DNA of 63,582 bases, filler included, from Choristocarpus tenellus KU-1152 (lineage: Eukaryota > Protista > Phaeophyceae): assembly GCA_964200185.2 (NCBI GenBank). It is 12 parts of 12 records of this genome, joined end to end, with 100 filler letters (N's around TTAATTAATTAA, not from the genome) between each part and the next. Parts side by side here need not be neighbours in the genome. Positions count along the whole stretch, not along the records: positions 1 to 22,045 come from CAXNAD020000306.1; 11 more parts are not named here. One strand, written 5' to 3'. Both the position numbers and the translations under genes were made by a program. Below are positions 1 through 13,420 of this stretch, one piece after another (the first letter of the stretch is position 1; each line of letters begins with the position of its first letter). The notes under the pieces were generated by a model, which saw nothing but the letters and a program-made list of their open reading frames with translations, had not been told where the DNA came from and ran no database searches.

Positions 1-162
1 GGGGGGGGTGGCTGTCCATTTGGGGTCAGTTGTTTTCATATCGCGATTTTTGTGTGATTTGGTTGCATACGTCGGATGGATAATGTAAATGCACTTTTCC
101 TTATTTTGGGTCAAATGAACACCCTGGTGTAGACCCCCCCCCCCCCCAAGACACGTTGGGTC
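1..162 (-). mobile_element. MITE family B copy, truncated at window start
   Basis: Reverse complement matches the intact copies at 26127-26307 and 49509-49694 (shared atccatccgacgta, ccccaaatggac and G-tracts). It ends in a degenerate terminus, agacacgttgggtc. Confidence 0.85.
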
Positions 163-2720
163 TCAAAGCTGACCTTCTTCAACGACTCCTTGTAGCATGG
201 AAAATAGATTTATATACATTTTATGTTTTTGATTACTTCATAGTTCCTGTTCTACGCGGCCTGCATCTTAAAGACAAACCAGGAGTCGTTTTTGCTAATG
301 TTTCGCAACTCGTCATCCCAGACGTATGATAAACTAATAGCTATGACACACTTCTTTACTAGTTTAGGTTGTAAGTATGCAAAGTGCACCAAGTGGTCAT
401 TCTCTGTACCAGGTGTCAAAACGCAGACACTTGAAACAGAATGAATGCAGTTTGAAAGAGTGCAAACATACAGCAAGGCATTTCGTATGACACTGACCTG
501 CTCGGGAAGGGAGTCCTGTTCAGCAATAACCTCTCTCAGTCCAAAGTCGCGTACGCTGATATTTTCAATAATTTTCTGGACTTGTTCGCTTGAGAGTTGA
601 CCTGCTAGGCATCAGGTGCTGTCACCTATCTGGTCTTATTCAACTACTCGAACCAAGACCTACAAATTACAGCAGCATGTCCACACAATCTTGATGCAAT
701 ACTATCGGCTGGCAAGGACTACAGGAAATTATTTTTTTGTAGCATTGCTCACCGAGTGCTGGCACACTGGCTAGAGCTGTTGCAACAAGATCCCTCTGCT
801 CATGAATCTCCCGCTTGAAGGCCCTCACGACTTCCTCCTTTGCCTCAATGATCCGATGAGGCTGGCGACTTTCCAATCGAACCACCGCACTAAAGTGAGG
901 AACAGAGAAACAAATGTACATCAATGAGGTATATCAAGATGGTGCCTGTATCGGTTGGACAAGGTGGGCAGAAATTGGCAATCTCTGACACTTCTTGGGT
1001 GGCAGTACGCCCTATCCTTGGATGTCGCAACGAAACCATCCGACACGGAAAACTCAATAAACTAAGGCACTCAATTCCTGGTCAATACAGGAGAGGGATG
1101 GAGGTCCCAGGTTCGGGTCAACAGGTTATGCGAACTAGCAACTTAAATCCAGGATGATGTGTTTCGAGGACACTGAGTGACAAGATTGGCGTGGACTGGG
1201 ATTTTCAGTGGGTATACAAAAAAAAGGAATTGTTAAAGCGGTTCTAGTATGGTCACAACAACAGCATTGCTGCTAGTCTGCTCGAGGACCACGCACATCT
1301 GGCGCTGTATCGCTGAAGGCATGGTGTATTATGTGTCACAGAGTTTTAGTGACTAAAGAGGGGTTTATTCTTCGTTCCGTGTTTGAATCAATCGTAGAAA
1401 CGGATGGCGTTGAACTCCACTAATTGAGGTATTGTTCAACTTACGTCAGGGCGAAACCGATGAAACGCTGAAAAGAAATGAGAGACGAACCACGATGACA
1501 TTCCGTACATAGATCTACGATCTGCGGCACACAAACTTGAATAAGGACAAAGTTCTGTCCTCAACGTGCATCACACGTACACAATAGAGTGAAACGTGGG
1601 CAGGACAGTCAGCAGCAACGCGATGCAAGGAGGGTCAAGCAACTCCACACAATACGGGGTCAGCCCTACACTGCGCGACTATATGGTAACATCAACAATA
1701 ATAATGAACGGTATGCTTGTACTACAACAACGGCAACAGGGAGAAATAGTTCGAAGTAATGAAAGTAGTACTTCAAAGTGACTACAGTTACTGGAGTTTG
1801 GAGATGTGTAGGCATATCATGAAAGTACTGCTATTCTAAGTAAATTTCAAGTACGTATGTACATCAATTTCTACATACATACAGCAATACTATTACTAGA
1901 ACAGTTTTTCATTATTCATAAGTTACATTTTGAAGATAGATGGTGTCATAGGAAGGACAAGAAGCGAAAATGTACAAGACAGAGTGAATAGATTTTTTTT
2001 TTAACTCAATCAAATGTCTATATTGCTTCTACCAAAAAGAGTGTGGCAGTAGTATCGGTAGAGTTAGTTGTGGTATGGTTCGAAAGGAAGAAACCGACAC
2101 CTTCTGCACACTATATAATTTACGATACTTAGTACTTCAATAACGACGTTCTGCGCAGAAGTACGGTTGTAGAGCAACACTATTGTTAAGAAAAATATCC
2201 CCCGGAAGCGGTCAGCTCATGGCAGCATGCCTCCGTAATGTGGAGGAGTGAAATGGGTGAGGATCGAGCACGTATGCCACCATTGGTGACCTTGGCGAGA
2301 CAGAGAGAGACAGGGTGAGACACAAGCACACATACAGCGAGACACAGAGCGAGAGAACAGAGAGTGAGGAGAGAGTCAATGACAGTGGCGTGGATGTTTT
2401 GGTGTATGAAACCTTTTGTCCTGTGCTGCTACGTGGTGCTGAACACCTCACAGCCATCAACATCATGTATGTACTGCTCTTTCTCAAACGCTCTGGGACT
2501 TTTTGTACATTTTTGTATAGTACGTGAATGGATTGCACACAGGTTCGACATCCGTTGTGTACATCTGTCGAAAAAAAATATCACGCACCTTGTATTTTTT
2601 TCCCCCACTGATCTTTTTCAAGATGGTGTCGAGCAAAAAAAAAATTCTAAAGTTCCTAATATTTATTTGTTTACAGGTACTCCGAGTACGTTGGTACTCC
2701 ATACAGTAATAATACACAGA

Positions 2721-2905
2721 TAATATGCTGATCACAAACTGAGTCAAACTAAGAGGTAGGCAGGATCGCACTTTAAGGATTATAATATGCTGATCACAAA
2801 CTGAGTCAAACTAAGAGGTAGGCAGGATCGCACTTTAAGGATTATAATATGCTGATCACAAACTGATTCAAACTAAGAGGTAGGCAGGATCGCATTTCAA
2901 GGATT
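2721..2905. repeat. 62-bp tandem repeat, 3 copies
   Basis: Unit taatatgctgatcacaaactgagtcaaactaagaggtaggcaggatcgcactttaaggatta starts at 2721, 2783 and 2845 and is nearly identical between copies. Confidence 0.95.
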
Positions 2906-3899
2906 CTGAGAAAGGCAAAAAAGGCGACATTTTGTGGAATTAATTGCAGAAAGAGACCTTGCTGAGTTGTCGTGTCGCTTCGTGGGTAAAAAAAAGAGGT
3001 GGAATATCAATTTTGCTTACACATTTGGACACATGAAGCAATGAAATAGAGTGTATTGAATAGGGTAAGAAAGAAGTATTAAAAAGCAAAGGAGTTCAAA
3101 CCTGCCTGTCTGCCTCTCAATTGAATTGGCTCCCTGTCCTACAAAGACGCCCTTATGAAGTCTGAATGCGAGATTATCAATGCAACTGTGTGAAAACGGA
3201 GACTCCTGTTCGCAGGGTCTGTTGCAAGTAGTGTGGATGGGAAGTTGAGCGACTCTCCAGAGTATTGATGTTTGGGGAAGTTGTACATGAAAAGTGATAG
3301 CAAGGTGTATAGGAGAAGAACCGATGGATGTGTCTGCTACATGACCTTGAGAAGCTTGGGATTACAATTAGTTGAGGGATGTAACATAGGGGCAACAAAA
3401 CTAACAGAGATAGTACGAGTGTGAGGTTTAAGGACAACTGCCATGGCAGAGCAGCTGTGATGATAGCTGATCTACGCAATTCTAAAGCAGTGACTAAGAC
3501 AGCCTATGCAGATCAGGGCACACATTTGCACACTCAACACTACCTTCAAGTGCTGAATGGTGCATTAAGAATTTTTTGCATGCATAACCAAGGTTTTGAT
3601 TTTTCTCTCACCCTGAAACATCTATCTGCAAAATGTCAGAGGGCACATAACAAAATACTTGCGTGACTATGCTTGGATACTGTGGAGTAATAGTACTGTT
3701 CTACTATTATTGATATCATTGGGTGCGTTTGGACAACCTCATCTAAGAAAGTTGGTCTTCTGAGAGTGGTGGTTCCAGGAACATGAACATGAAAGCCAGC
3801 TCGGTCCTGTGAGATCCAGTGGTCCACCTCAGGGATAAAAAATGTCCTTGCCGATTTGAATTTGTATCTCTGGTAATGATGCGGTTTCCTCTATCATAA

Positions 3900-4020
3900 G
3901 GAAAATTATATTACTGACTTGGTGATGTTCTACCATGGGAAATCCTGGTGATGATCCACCATCATGATATCATCCACCTAGTCTGCTGGTCTTCCAGCTG
4001 GACAGCTGCAACGAGGTAAT
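3900..4020 (-). pseudogene. possible reverse-transcriptase remnant
   Basis: Minus strand reads *VDDIMMV (a TAG where the Y of YxDD would be). This single motif is the only support. Confidence 0.25.
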
Positions 4021-4379
4021 AGGTTTCGGGTAACAAGCCAGTACCCACCCACTTCAGGGAACTTTGCTTAGACACTTGTTGATCACCACAATCGTATACA
4101 TATGTTTACTTGGCTATTTCACCTCAAATTATAGGGGTAAGGAAGAATGAGAGAGGTGAAATAGGTGTTACTCAATACAAATAATCTGGAGGGCCCCATC
4201 TATGCTAATGTCAGTTGTGATTTGTGTTTAAAATGCTCAAATTGTGCGTTTATCAACAAACTGATACATTTTGGACTACTGCAGTATGTATGAGAATAGA
4301 ACAAACAAAAAAATGACAGGGCTTTTCACCGGGTCAGCAAATGAAATAGGTTCCATCCACTGGTCAAACCAGTCCCACA

Positions 4380-4610
4380 ATTTAACATGTCCCTGTCCAT
4401 ATCCTCTAGGTGTCGAACCCCGTCAATGTCCATGTCCAGACCAGTCCCACAGTTTTTTCACATATGCCAGTCCATGTCCACAGGGTACTGATCCAGTCCA
4501 TGTCCATGTCCAGACCAGTCCCACAGTTACTTAACACGTCCTGGTCCATGTCCACCACCTGGTTAGTCTAACGTTTTCCCTTGCATGCCCGGTCCATGTC
4601 CACCACGTGT
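4380..4610. repeat. degenerate short tandem motifs (gtccatgtcc / ccagtcccaca), possibly subterminal repeats of a DNA transposon
   Basis: Several copies of gtccatgtcc, 3 of accagtcccaca, preceded by cagggcttttcac near 4317. Confidence 0.5.
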
Positions 4611-7600
4611 TACACAGGTGTGAATGGAGAAGTTTATGAAGTGATCTGAGTTTTGTGGGTGGAAGAATTCTTGAAGGAATGATGATACGGGGAAGAGAGT
4701 GCTGATTAGAGTTTTTTTAAAAATAATAATGAGAAGGTGGAAGAAGAGTTAAGTACAGAGTTAAGTACTGGGTGGAAATATAATAAAAATAATAATGAGA
4801 AGGAGGCGGAAGAGGTAAGAGAGAAGTTAAAAAGAAATGTGTGATAGATAGGCGGAAGCATGAGGTACGAAGAAGGGATGGATCAGAACATAAGGAAACT
4901 TGAGGTTGGTGGGACAGGACAAGCAGGGCTAGAACAAGGCAACCTCCGAGCAATTTTCCACCCATCCACCCTTTTGATTGCTCACCACCGACTGGGATGC
5001 TGGGGAACAGGGGGGGAAAAGGTCAAGTTTGGGTGGAATAGATGTCTTCTAGTTCAAAGGCACATTATTGAAGAGGATGGAGAAGGGGTGTTCTTGGATG
5101 ATTTTGGAGTGGTGTTGAGTGGTGGGATGGAGTGGAAAGTCGTGGTGACTGGAAATCAGTGTCGAAGGGTGTTCGCACTCGTTGTTCAAGGGATAGGCTG
5201 GTGGTTGGAAGTCAGTGATGGAGAAGCCCCACCGGGTTGGTTGGAAGTGATGTTACAATGGGGGGGTAGAATAGGTGGAATGCAAACAAAAGGATAATTA
5301 ACAATAGTACAGAATTTGTGAGCAAAGCAAAATGGGAAATTTCTACACACACACACACACACACAGATCATAAATAACCTTAAACCACCCCGCAATGTAC
5401 TTGTATTAAATTTCCAATTTTAATTTTTTGAATAAAACAATATAAAAAAATATATAGATAAATATATATATGTATGTATCACTATATATTATACATTTTG
5501 AGGATACGATACTCCACAGCGATAAAAATATATAAAATAGGAGGCATGACCATGACGTGGTTGGTCGAGGGTAAAAAGATATTACCTCACCGCTGCCCAT
5601 AGACAAAATGTTCTAACATAGTCGAGTCCACGGCCATCGCTTGCTCAACGTGACCAGGACCCCTGAACAGAAAGGAACAACCAAGTTCGAACATGGTCGA
5701 GCTCATGGCCATCAGGTACACTATGAGTTTTCTTCTGTACAGTCAGTTCAACAAGCACCCCTCACAACACAGTGGGCGAACGGTAAGCTTTTCTCCTTGA
5801 GCTTACACCGCTTCACTCATTGAGCTGACAACAACGCTCATTCTCAATTGCAGGTGTGGTTAAAGCAGCACACAACACAATGATGATGTGGTCAACACAA
5901 TGATGATGTGGTCTTGAATCAAAACCGAGCTCCTCGTACCGTCCATGAAGGGATCATGGTCATTCATGTGCCAAGTGTTTCCCCCCAACCACACATCTCT
6001 CTACGCCACCCACCTCAATGATAACACATCCCAACAATACTGGCCAAAATGTAGGGGGGGGCATGGGTGGGGAGAGGACTTCTTGGCACAGAAGAGCAAG
6101 AGAGAGGCAGCAGAGTACAACGTGGCTAGTGGATAATTATAGTATAAATTGGTATGTGTGCAAAGCAGAGACAAGACAGTTATATCACACCACAAACACG
6201 ACCAGGCAGTCGTGTGCATAATTGGATCACTCATGGTAAAAAAAAAAAAATGTGGGCACCCAGAGCATAAATGACTTCGAGCTATCAAAATCGCCACTCC
6301 ATCTGGCATTACATCCCTGCACATGTGCTTCTGTTTGAGTCACATCCATCCGTCCGTCCATCCGTCCACTGCCATTAATGATGTGGTGTTACCAAAAAGG
6401 ACCACCACAAAAGAAGTCACAGCTATCGTAGACATGAGGGTAATGTTAAGAACCAAACACACACACACATGCAGATTCGGAAAGGTTTAGGGCAAGCACA
6501 GGGCATGACCTGCAGCAGGCAGAGTGTGCTTGAAATATGACGAGACTCATGGAAATAAGGGAAACAGAAGAGCATAGGGGACCAGTCTGACACATATACC
6601 AATTTTCGTATCACCACCTCAACAGCCTATCTATCCTCAGATCAATCTATCTTTCCCTTAAAAAAAGTATAAAAAACAAGGGAGACAAGAGTCCACCACA
6701 GAGGTAATGAGGCAGCAGGTTCCCAGCTACAATGTCTGCTCCTGCCCCTCCCCAACTACTCCTGACCTCATTTCCTTTTCTTACCTACTATGTATTGGTC
6801 CCCTTCTCTCAAAGAGAACCAGTTCTTCTCAACAACACTTTTGGGGAGCAGAAACTTTGCTCAACCCCTACAGCTGACTTGGGACTACCTGCAATCAGCA
6901 TCTCCATTGCGTCCATCTCCCTATCATTCCCATCAACTCCTGAAAGTTCAAAGTCTACCAGAGGTCCCCCACCTTTATCGTATAAAAATGTCACAACCCC
7001 AAACCCACACCAGTGCCACACAACTCTGTCGCTCCTCCTTAAGCCCTCTCGCCATGTGCCATGTTCGGGACCAAATCTTGACCAAAGTCCTTCAAGATCC
7101 CAAGAGGTTAAACCCTCTTCCACAACAACCTCACCTCGGCCATCCCCCTCCCTCTCCCCCCACTCAATCAAGCCATCAACTCCAGTGTGATGGAAAGCAA
7201 TTCTGTTAGGGGAGAAAAATGAATCCCACGTCTAGAGCTGAAACAGGGAACCTATTCCTCCGCTCACCCTCAACTCGACACAATCTCCTCTGTATCACAC
7301 CATGCACTTCCAAGTCAACATAGAGCGGACCCAACTGCACCCGTGTTATGCTGTCTATCCTACAGCTTTAACTGCAACCACAGGACACAACAGGCAATTG
7401 TGGACAAAGGGATTTGGGAATGAGAGAGTGCGGACCAACACCAAACCTCTCCTCACTGCAAAAGCCATTCGAGAAACCTACCAACCACACACTCGTACTA
7501 CCACCCCTACACACACACTGTGGAACCTCAACCTCCCTCACGGACCGCACCACCATCAGGTGAAAAAAAAACATTCTAGAAACCCTAAACATCCCTAACC

Positions 7601-7612
7601 TTACCAGGCCAC

Positions 7613-10600
7613 TCATGCCTCTACTGCATCAGAACCATTAACAGGGGCCATGACAGCCTCCACAACATTACCCGTGGCAGTGTTGAGGGCATCCTTTGAC
7701 CCCGCCGCCTCGTTTGCTGTTACTGTATCCACAATTGTAACTACTTCTACCTCACTAACCTCGGCTTTCACCACAGGAGTGCCCTCCTCCTCGGGCTCCG
7801 GTGTCACACTTGGGACATTGGCCTCAGTAGAGAGCAGGGCAGTTATAGGGGGTGATTCTGCAACAGTAGGGACAGGTGGTGTGGCAGCAGTTGAGGTGGT
7901 GGGGGTGGCAGTGGGAGGTGGGGGAGGGGAGACAGAGGCAGCATTTGAAGTAGTGGCAGCAGCAGCTTCTCCAGTAGCCACAGCAGAGGAGGAACAGCTG
8001 GAGCAGAGACCAGCCTCAGCACATGCAGGATTCTTACAGCCATATTTGTACCCCTGTATTAACACCGAGGTTGATATTGGAAGGGGGGGGGAGGAGAGTG
8101 TTAGAGGGGACATCAAAAAAACCCAACATAGTCCACCTTGACACAATACCTCGATATGTAGATTGTTGAACAGTTGGACTCAGATTGCATCCTGCAGTAG
8201 AGCATGTCGCAACAGTGATGGAGCCCCTCCATTACAAAGACACCTTCATGGCATGACCCTTCAAGAGGAGGCACAATCTTTGCAGTTGCCTACTCATTCC
8301 ACACCTCACCACAGAGAACTATAAAATTGCCTCAGAAAGACTATGCAAGACCTAAGTTTGACGTCTTGGCTCAATCATACCCCACATCGGGTACAATCCA
8401 CACCCACCTTGCAACAGGTGCAGTTTCGGGAGTCAGGGTACCAAGTATCCATGAGGTCTTGGTCCACAATCTTCTTTCCCTTGCCCTCACCAGCCTTGGA
8501 ATACCTAAAATCCCCAAAGGACACCCCCTCCTTGTCTATGCTACGACCTGGAGAGTTCAAAACATTTTAGCAGACATAAAAACAAAAGAACCACAAATCG
8601 GACATTCACCAGGTCGAGAAGGTAGTTTTCAAACACAATATATCACCCAACAGTAAAAAACCAACAACCACAACACGAATTTCGTAGCTGAAAATACAGT
8701 ACATGCTGCAGAATTGTCCTTGGACCACAATAACGCCTCGTGTGTGTGCCTGTATTTGACCCCTGTTCTGTTCAAAATACATCCCTTTGTCATTACACCT
8801 CCAGTGTACAAAATGAGGAACTTACTGCATAGTAGAGTGCCATGGTAATGTGTGCTGGTCTGCATCAAGACGGGCCAAAATCATCAATTTCTTAAAGGGA
8901 AAATATCATCAAAGTTCAAAGCGTCACCTGTAAGGGAGAGACTTTCACTCAAATTCAACTCACATACTACACCATGATGTATAATTTACACGAATTTCAG
9001 TGTCCACACTCAGTTGATTCAGGGATAAGGTTAGATATACTCCAATTTAAACAACTGACTTGAAGTCACACAACAACACACTTTCAGAAGTGAGGGACTT
9101 CATCAGTGAAGTATGCGTCCGCTCAGTGTCTGTAAACTGACCCTGCAAATGGAAGTGATCATGGCACCAATCCTATGTTTGAATCACAACCAAACGTGCT
9201 GTTATACTTGGAAATAAACAAGAAAACACAACTCAGAATCTGTGTGTTACTATTTATGTCGACATTAACTGCTTCAAAGCACAAACAACGCCTACCTTCC
9301 CGAAAACATAGGGAAGGTTCTCCTTCATAACAATGCTATCCAGCAGATCAAACCAATTTACTGTACCAAATTCAAAAGCAACAAATAAGAACAGCAAACA
9401 CACACACACACATACACAAGTTGTGTCAATCAATGGTTTCCTCCCAGCTCAAACCAGAAAGTTACTTTTATCACTCTGCCCACAACCCATCTGTGGAGAT
9501 GACAACTTTGGCAGTTGTGAACCTATCAAAGATCGACATGACCAGATGCAGGAAAAGAAAACATACTTCAAGCTGTGGTGTATTTTGGACAGTCTCGGGT
9601 GCTCACCTTGAGGGTGTCCAAACAAACAGTCCGGCCTTGTACAACCCACCCCATACCGGCACAACTTCACTCCCCCCCCTCCACCCATCGCATTTCCCCT
9701 TGGGCCCAGACCACCTCCAACAGAAGTAGCATTGAGGCGGGGCGACCTCAATGCGCCCATGTTCCCTGGCGCCCCGTTCCCAGCCCCATGTGGTCCAAGT
9801 CCACCATTGAGCCCTCCCATACGCGGCGGGGCATCCAATAACCCTAACGCCAAAGCCTGAGGGCAAGAAATGGTCGAGGTGGAGAAATCATAGGGGGGGG
9901 GGGACAGGGGCTTTTACAACTTGCAAGACGTCCAAACTTCTACTCAATTAGAAGCACTTTCACCTCAACATATATTGATGGAAGACAACCCACCCACCAA
10001 TAAAGCGGTTTGAACTACACATCGGGGTTTTTTCTATCCACATTTATCAGTCCAACATCAACATATTTTACCAAAACACACACTCACTGAACAGTGTAAT
10101 GCAGCACATTTTGGAAACCAAACCAATCAGTCTGTGAGTAGAACCAATAGAGCAGGCCAGGAGGGCTGGGAAAGGAGGTTGAGGGACTGGTTGCAAGGCC
10201 CGCTTTAAGTGATCGCCCTCACAAAAAAGGAGGTAGTGCCCAAACAACCAAGTCAGGAAGGTGCACAATTTGATATGTAGTAGTCCAACAAAAGACCAAC
10301 ACAGTGACGATACCAAAAACTCACCAACATAAGCAACACACTTTCTTGTAACACTCATTTGCCACCAACTCTTCATCTGAAATACTCCAGAAAACCTGGT
10401 TCCCACTAAGCCCCTATCTCTCTTCTCCTTCCCTCTTCAGACCTCGGTTACCACCTCCACACCCCACTGCCCTTGGAGAGTAGCAAATGCGTTTACACTA
10501 CAGGGACCTTATACGCAAACCAAAACAAAATACTTCCGACTTTAAACAACAGCACGCACAAGCCAGGCTCAGAACACAGACATTCACACTCATGATCCAC

Positions 10601-13420
10601 CCCCCTCTCCCCCCAAAAGAGTCCAAACTTGTTGGTGCACACTTGTCAATGCGGTACTTTTGAGCAAAGTAACAGGAAATACACAGCAGCAGTGCTTGCT
10701 TCAAAGATTCTGAACATTTGTTACAACACTTACGCCCAAGGAATGCTCACAGACTGCTTGCTTAGTATGGCTCACATTAAGGCTAGAGGAATCACTGGAA
10801 GAAATCATTGATCCTCCATCCAGGTCCTTCTCCTCAATGCTGCATGTGCACTGTCCAATAGACTCACAGATATCTGCCTTGCATCCATACATGTAACCCT
10901 GTGTTTTTCACAAGGCAGCAAGCAATAGTTCAGAAGATATGGTTGTAAGACCACGCTGTAAGACAAGAGGCATGGTATACCCTCGTTTGTCACAAAAGCA
11001 ATTATCGAAGTCAAAAACAAAGCCTGAAAACCAAACTCTGAAAACATCACCCACAAACAAAAAAAAACAGAAGCCATGGTATTCTGGTGAGGGAACGGTC
11101 ACAGCCTTAACTTCCTCGCCGGAGCAGGAGCTCACTCGCAAAAATATTACAGCCTAAACCCCAAAATAGGACAATTGAAGCGAGTATCTCCTAACAAAGG
11201 TGCACATGAGCCTTTACCCTTGTCAAAAGCTATCGACAACAAGGATTCCCACGAAAAAGGGATATAGAAGAAGGCTCACAGAACTCAACCAGAAAGAGAT
11301 GGTACACATTGAGAAGCATGTGCAACATAACATGCAAGTCACATCAGGGTGTTGCTATTAGGCTTAATTGAAATCACCCCTGATCAACAGCACAGACGAC
11401 AAAATGGCTGCTTGAACTCCCCGTGTGGTGTTGAAGGCTCAGGATTTGTCCATGGTTGAAACAGGCATCTTAATCCAAAGGACTATCGGCAGCCATTGCC
11501 TCTTCATGTCCTTGCCTCTCTAGCCCTGTTATGGTATCTAATATTCAGCAACTGGTAGTTGCTGGGTGTGAACAAGCCCCAGTACATAAAAGCAAGCCAA
11601 ACAGACCTATTCTAGCCAGACAGGCTTACATCAATTATACACACTAAAGTCCAGAGGTGAGGTCCAAGGACTTCATTGAAAGAAGGATGCCATAGAAATC
11701 CCCATAGAAATCCCCTGTTGTGCTTGAAAACTTGGAACATACTGAGCACTAGCTCCTGCTCTTAATTGAAAGATTCGAGCTTTCATCACAATTTCCACAA
11801 AAAGTGCCTTTCTTACACACATCAACTCTCTCCAGTACCACTGAGTACACAACTTGGTCTACAACGTGATAAGTGAAAGGAAGTGAGAGATAAAGAGGTC
11901 GATTCCCAAGACTCCCAACCCACCAGGCCAAGTGCCGACACAAAATTGCTACTGCAAGTTCAATGTGGCAAAGCAAACAACAAGCATTGCCCAAATATGT
12001 TTACTTGGAAGGATTCCCATTCGAAAGACAGATGAGAACCTCATGTAACAATAAAAATCAAGTCTTATCACCTTGCAACATGAACAATCCCTGCACCTAG
12101 GAAACCATGTGTCTTTAAGATCTTGATCGTCATCTGTTGTACCACCACGATATGACCCAAACGATACCTACACTTGTTATTCGGGATGGGGCATGTATGC
12201 ATTGGACACAGTCAAAAGAGAAATGGACCAGTTAATAGCTGTGGGTATTGCAAGAATGTTGATCTAGAAATAATTGTGATGTGCACTCATGGGTGCTGAG
12301 ATAGTATACACCAAAAAAACGAGAATATTCAAAACACAGTTATTTCCCTTCGCTACATAAAAGCACAAGACCTCAACATCATTTGGGCATAGTTAACCTT
12401 TGCGTACCAAAGAACGATTGTATGTCGAAAGCAAATGTACGTCGAACGCTTGAGAATTCGCAATGATTACATTGCAACTTGAATGAATATCACCTCAGAT
12501 ATTACCTCTGACATTCCCCGTGTCATAGACCCTATGCTGCTGTTACTGGGAAATCTGATCAATCCTTGTCGGGCTCCACCTCCACCACCACCACTAGCAC
12601 CACTTCCCCCTCGACCATCAGAATCAATCTTTCGCCCTGCAGGGAGGCAAATCGGCGTAGATGGGGTCGACACGAAAAGAAATTGCTATTACTAGAGCAG
12701 ATCAGGGTACTGGCTCATTCAGTAAGATAGAATAAGGACGGTCTTCGATTCATAAATGCAACAAGACAGAGGGGAACCATAGTGAAGCTTAACTTTTTGG
12801 CAACCAGAATACAACGAGAGCAGGAGCAGGGAGTAAAGAGATGCTGGCAGGATGAACATGCAGCGCAATATATGCCATGCGCGTGATGCACATTCTACTA
12901 CTGTATGTTTTCTCCATCATGAGGAAGGAAGTTCTCAGAATTTTGCGACGCAACTATCTGAGGCATGAGAACACTAAAAGACTGGGTCAAATGTATGCTT
13001 CACATGAAGGCCTCCAACCTATCCCATCGACTGTACTTCCCCCGTTTGGAAAGGTCTCAATCTCTAGAGCAAATGCAAAGACTTATGCTTTGATCATACT
13101 TTAGATCCGAATACAGGTATGACGGAGGACTTACCTCCCGGGTGACTAAAGTGACAGTCTCGGCGGTGGCAACCAAAACCAAAGCGGCAAGCTTGGCCCC
13201 CACCGCCCATAATCGGACTTCCCGCACCGCCTGGGGGTCCTCCACCACTGGGCATCATTCCCGATCGCATAGGTCCCCCACGTCCTCCCCCTCTCATGGG
13301 CATTCCCCCTCCATAAGAAGAGCCGTTGTCGATGATCCTTCCCTCTGGGTGGGAGTACCAGCAGTCCATCCGATGGCATTGGGTCCCAAAGCGGCAAGGA
13401 GTGGGGCCTCGGCCCATCAT
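7613..13420 (-). CDS. 7-exon CCCH (Nab2/ZC3H14-type spacing) zinc-finger, Gly/RGG-rich protein with two copies of a Cys-rich module; about 488 aa
   Basis: Exons (5' to 3'): 13420-13135, 12636-12506, 12167-12072, 10898-10776, 9856-9607, 8547-8408, 8053-7613. All introns are GT-AG, phases match (1,0,0,0,1,0) and the total is 1467 nt with no internal stop. Fingers: CRFGTQCHRMDCWYSH, CRFGFGCHRRDCHFSH, CRYGVGCTRPDCLFGH (C-x5-C-x4-C-x3-H), each followed by PxGRxID. Confidence 0.9.

Noticed and set aside
2741-2756. gagtcaaactaagagg in the 62-bp repeat resembling MITE termini
   Set aside because: Short partial match with no inverted partner or TSD.
7650-8141. Plus-strand 163-aa ORF (also 13142-13498, 31113-31505, 39115-39459)
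   Set aside because: These are antisense shadows of minus-strand exons.
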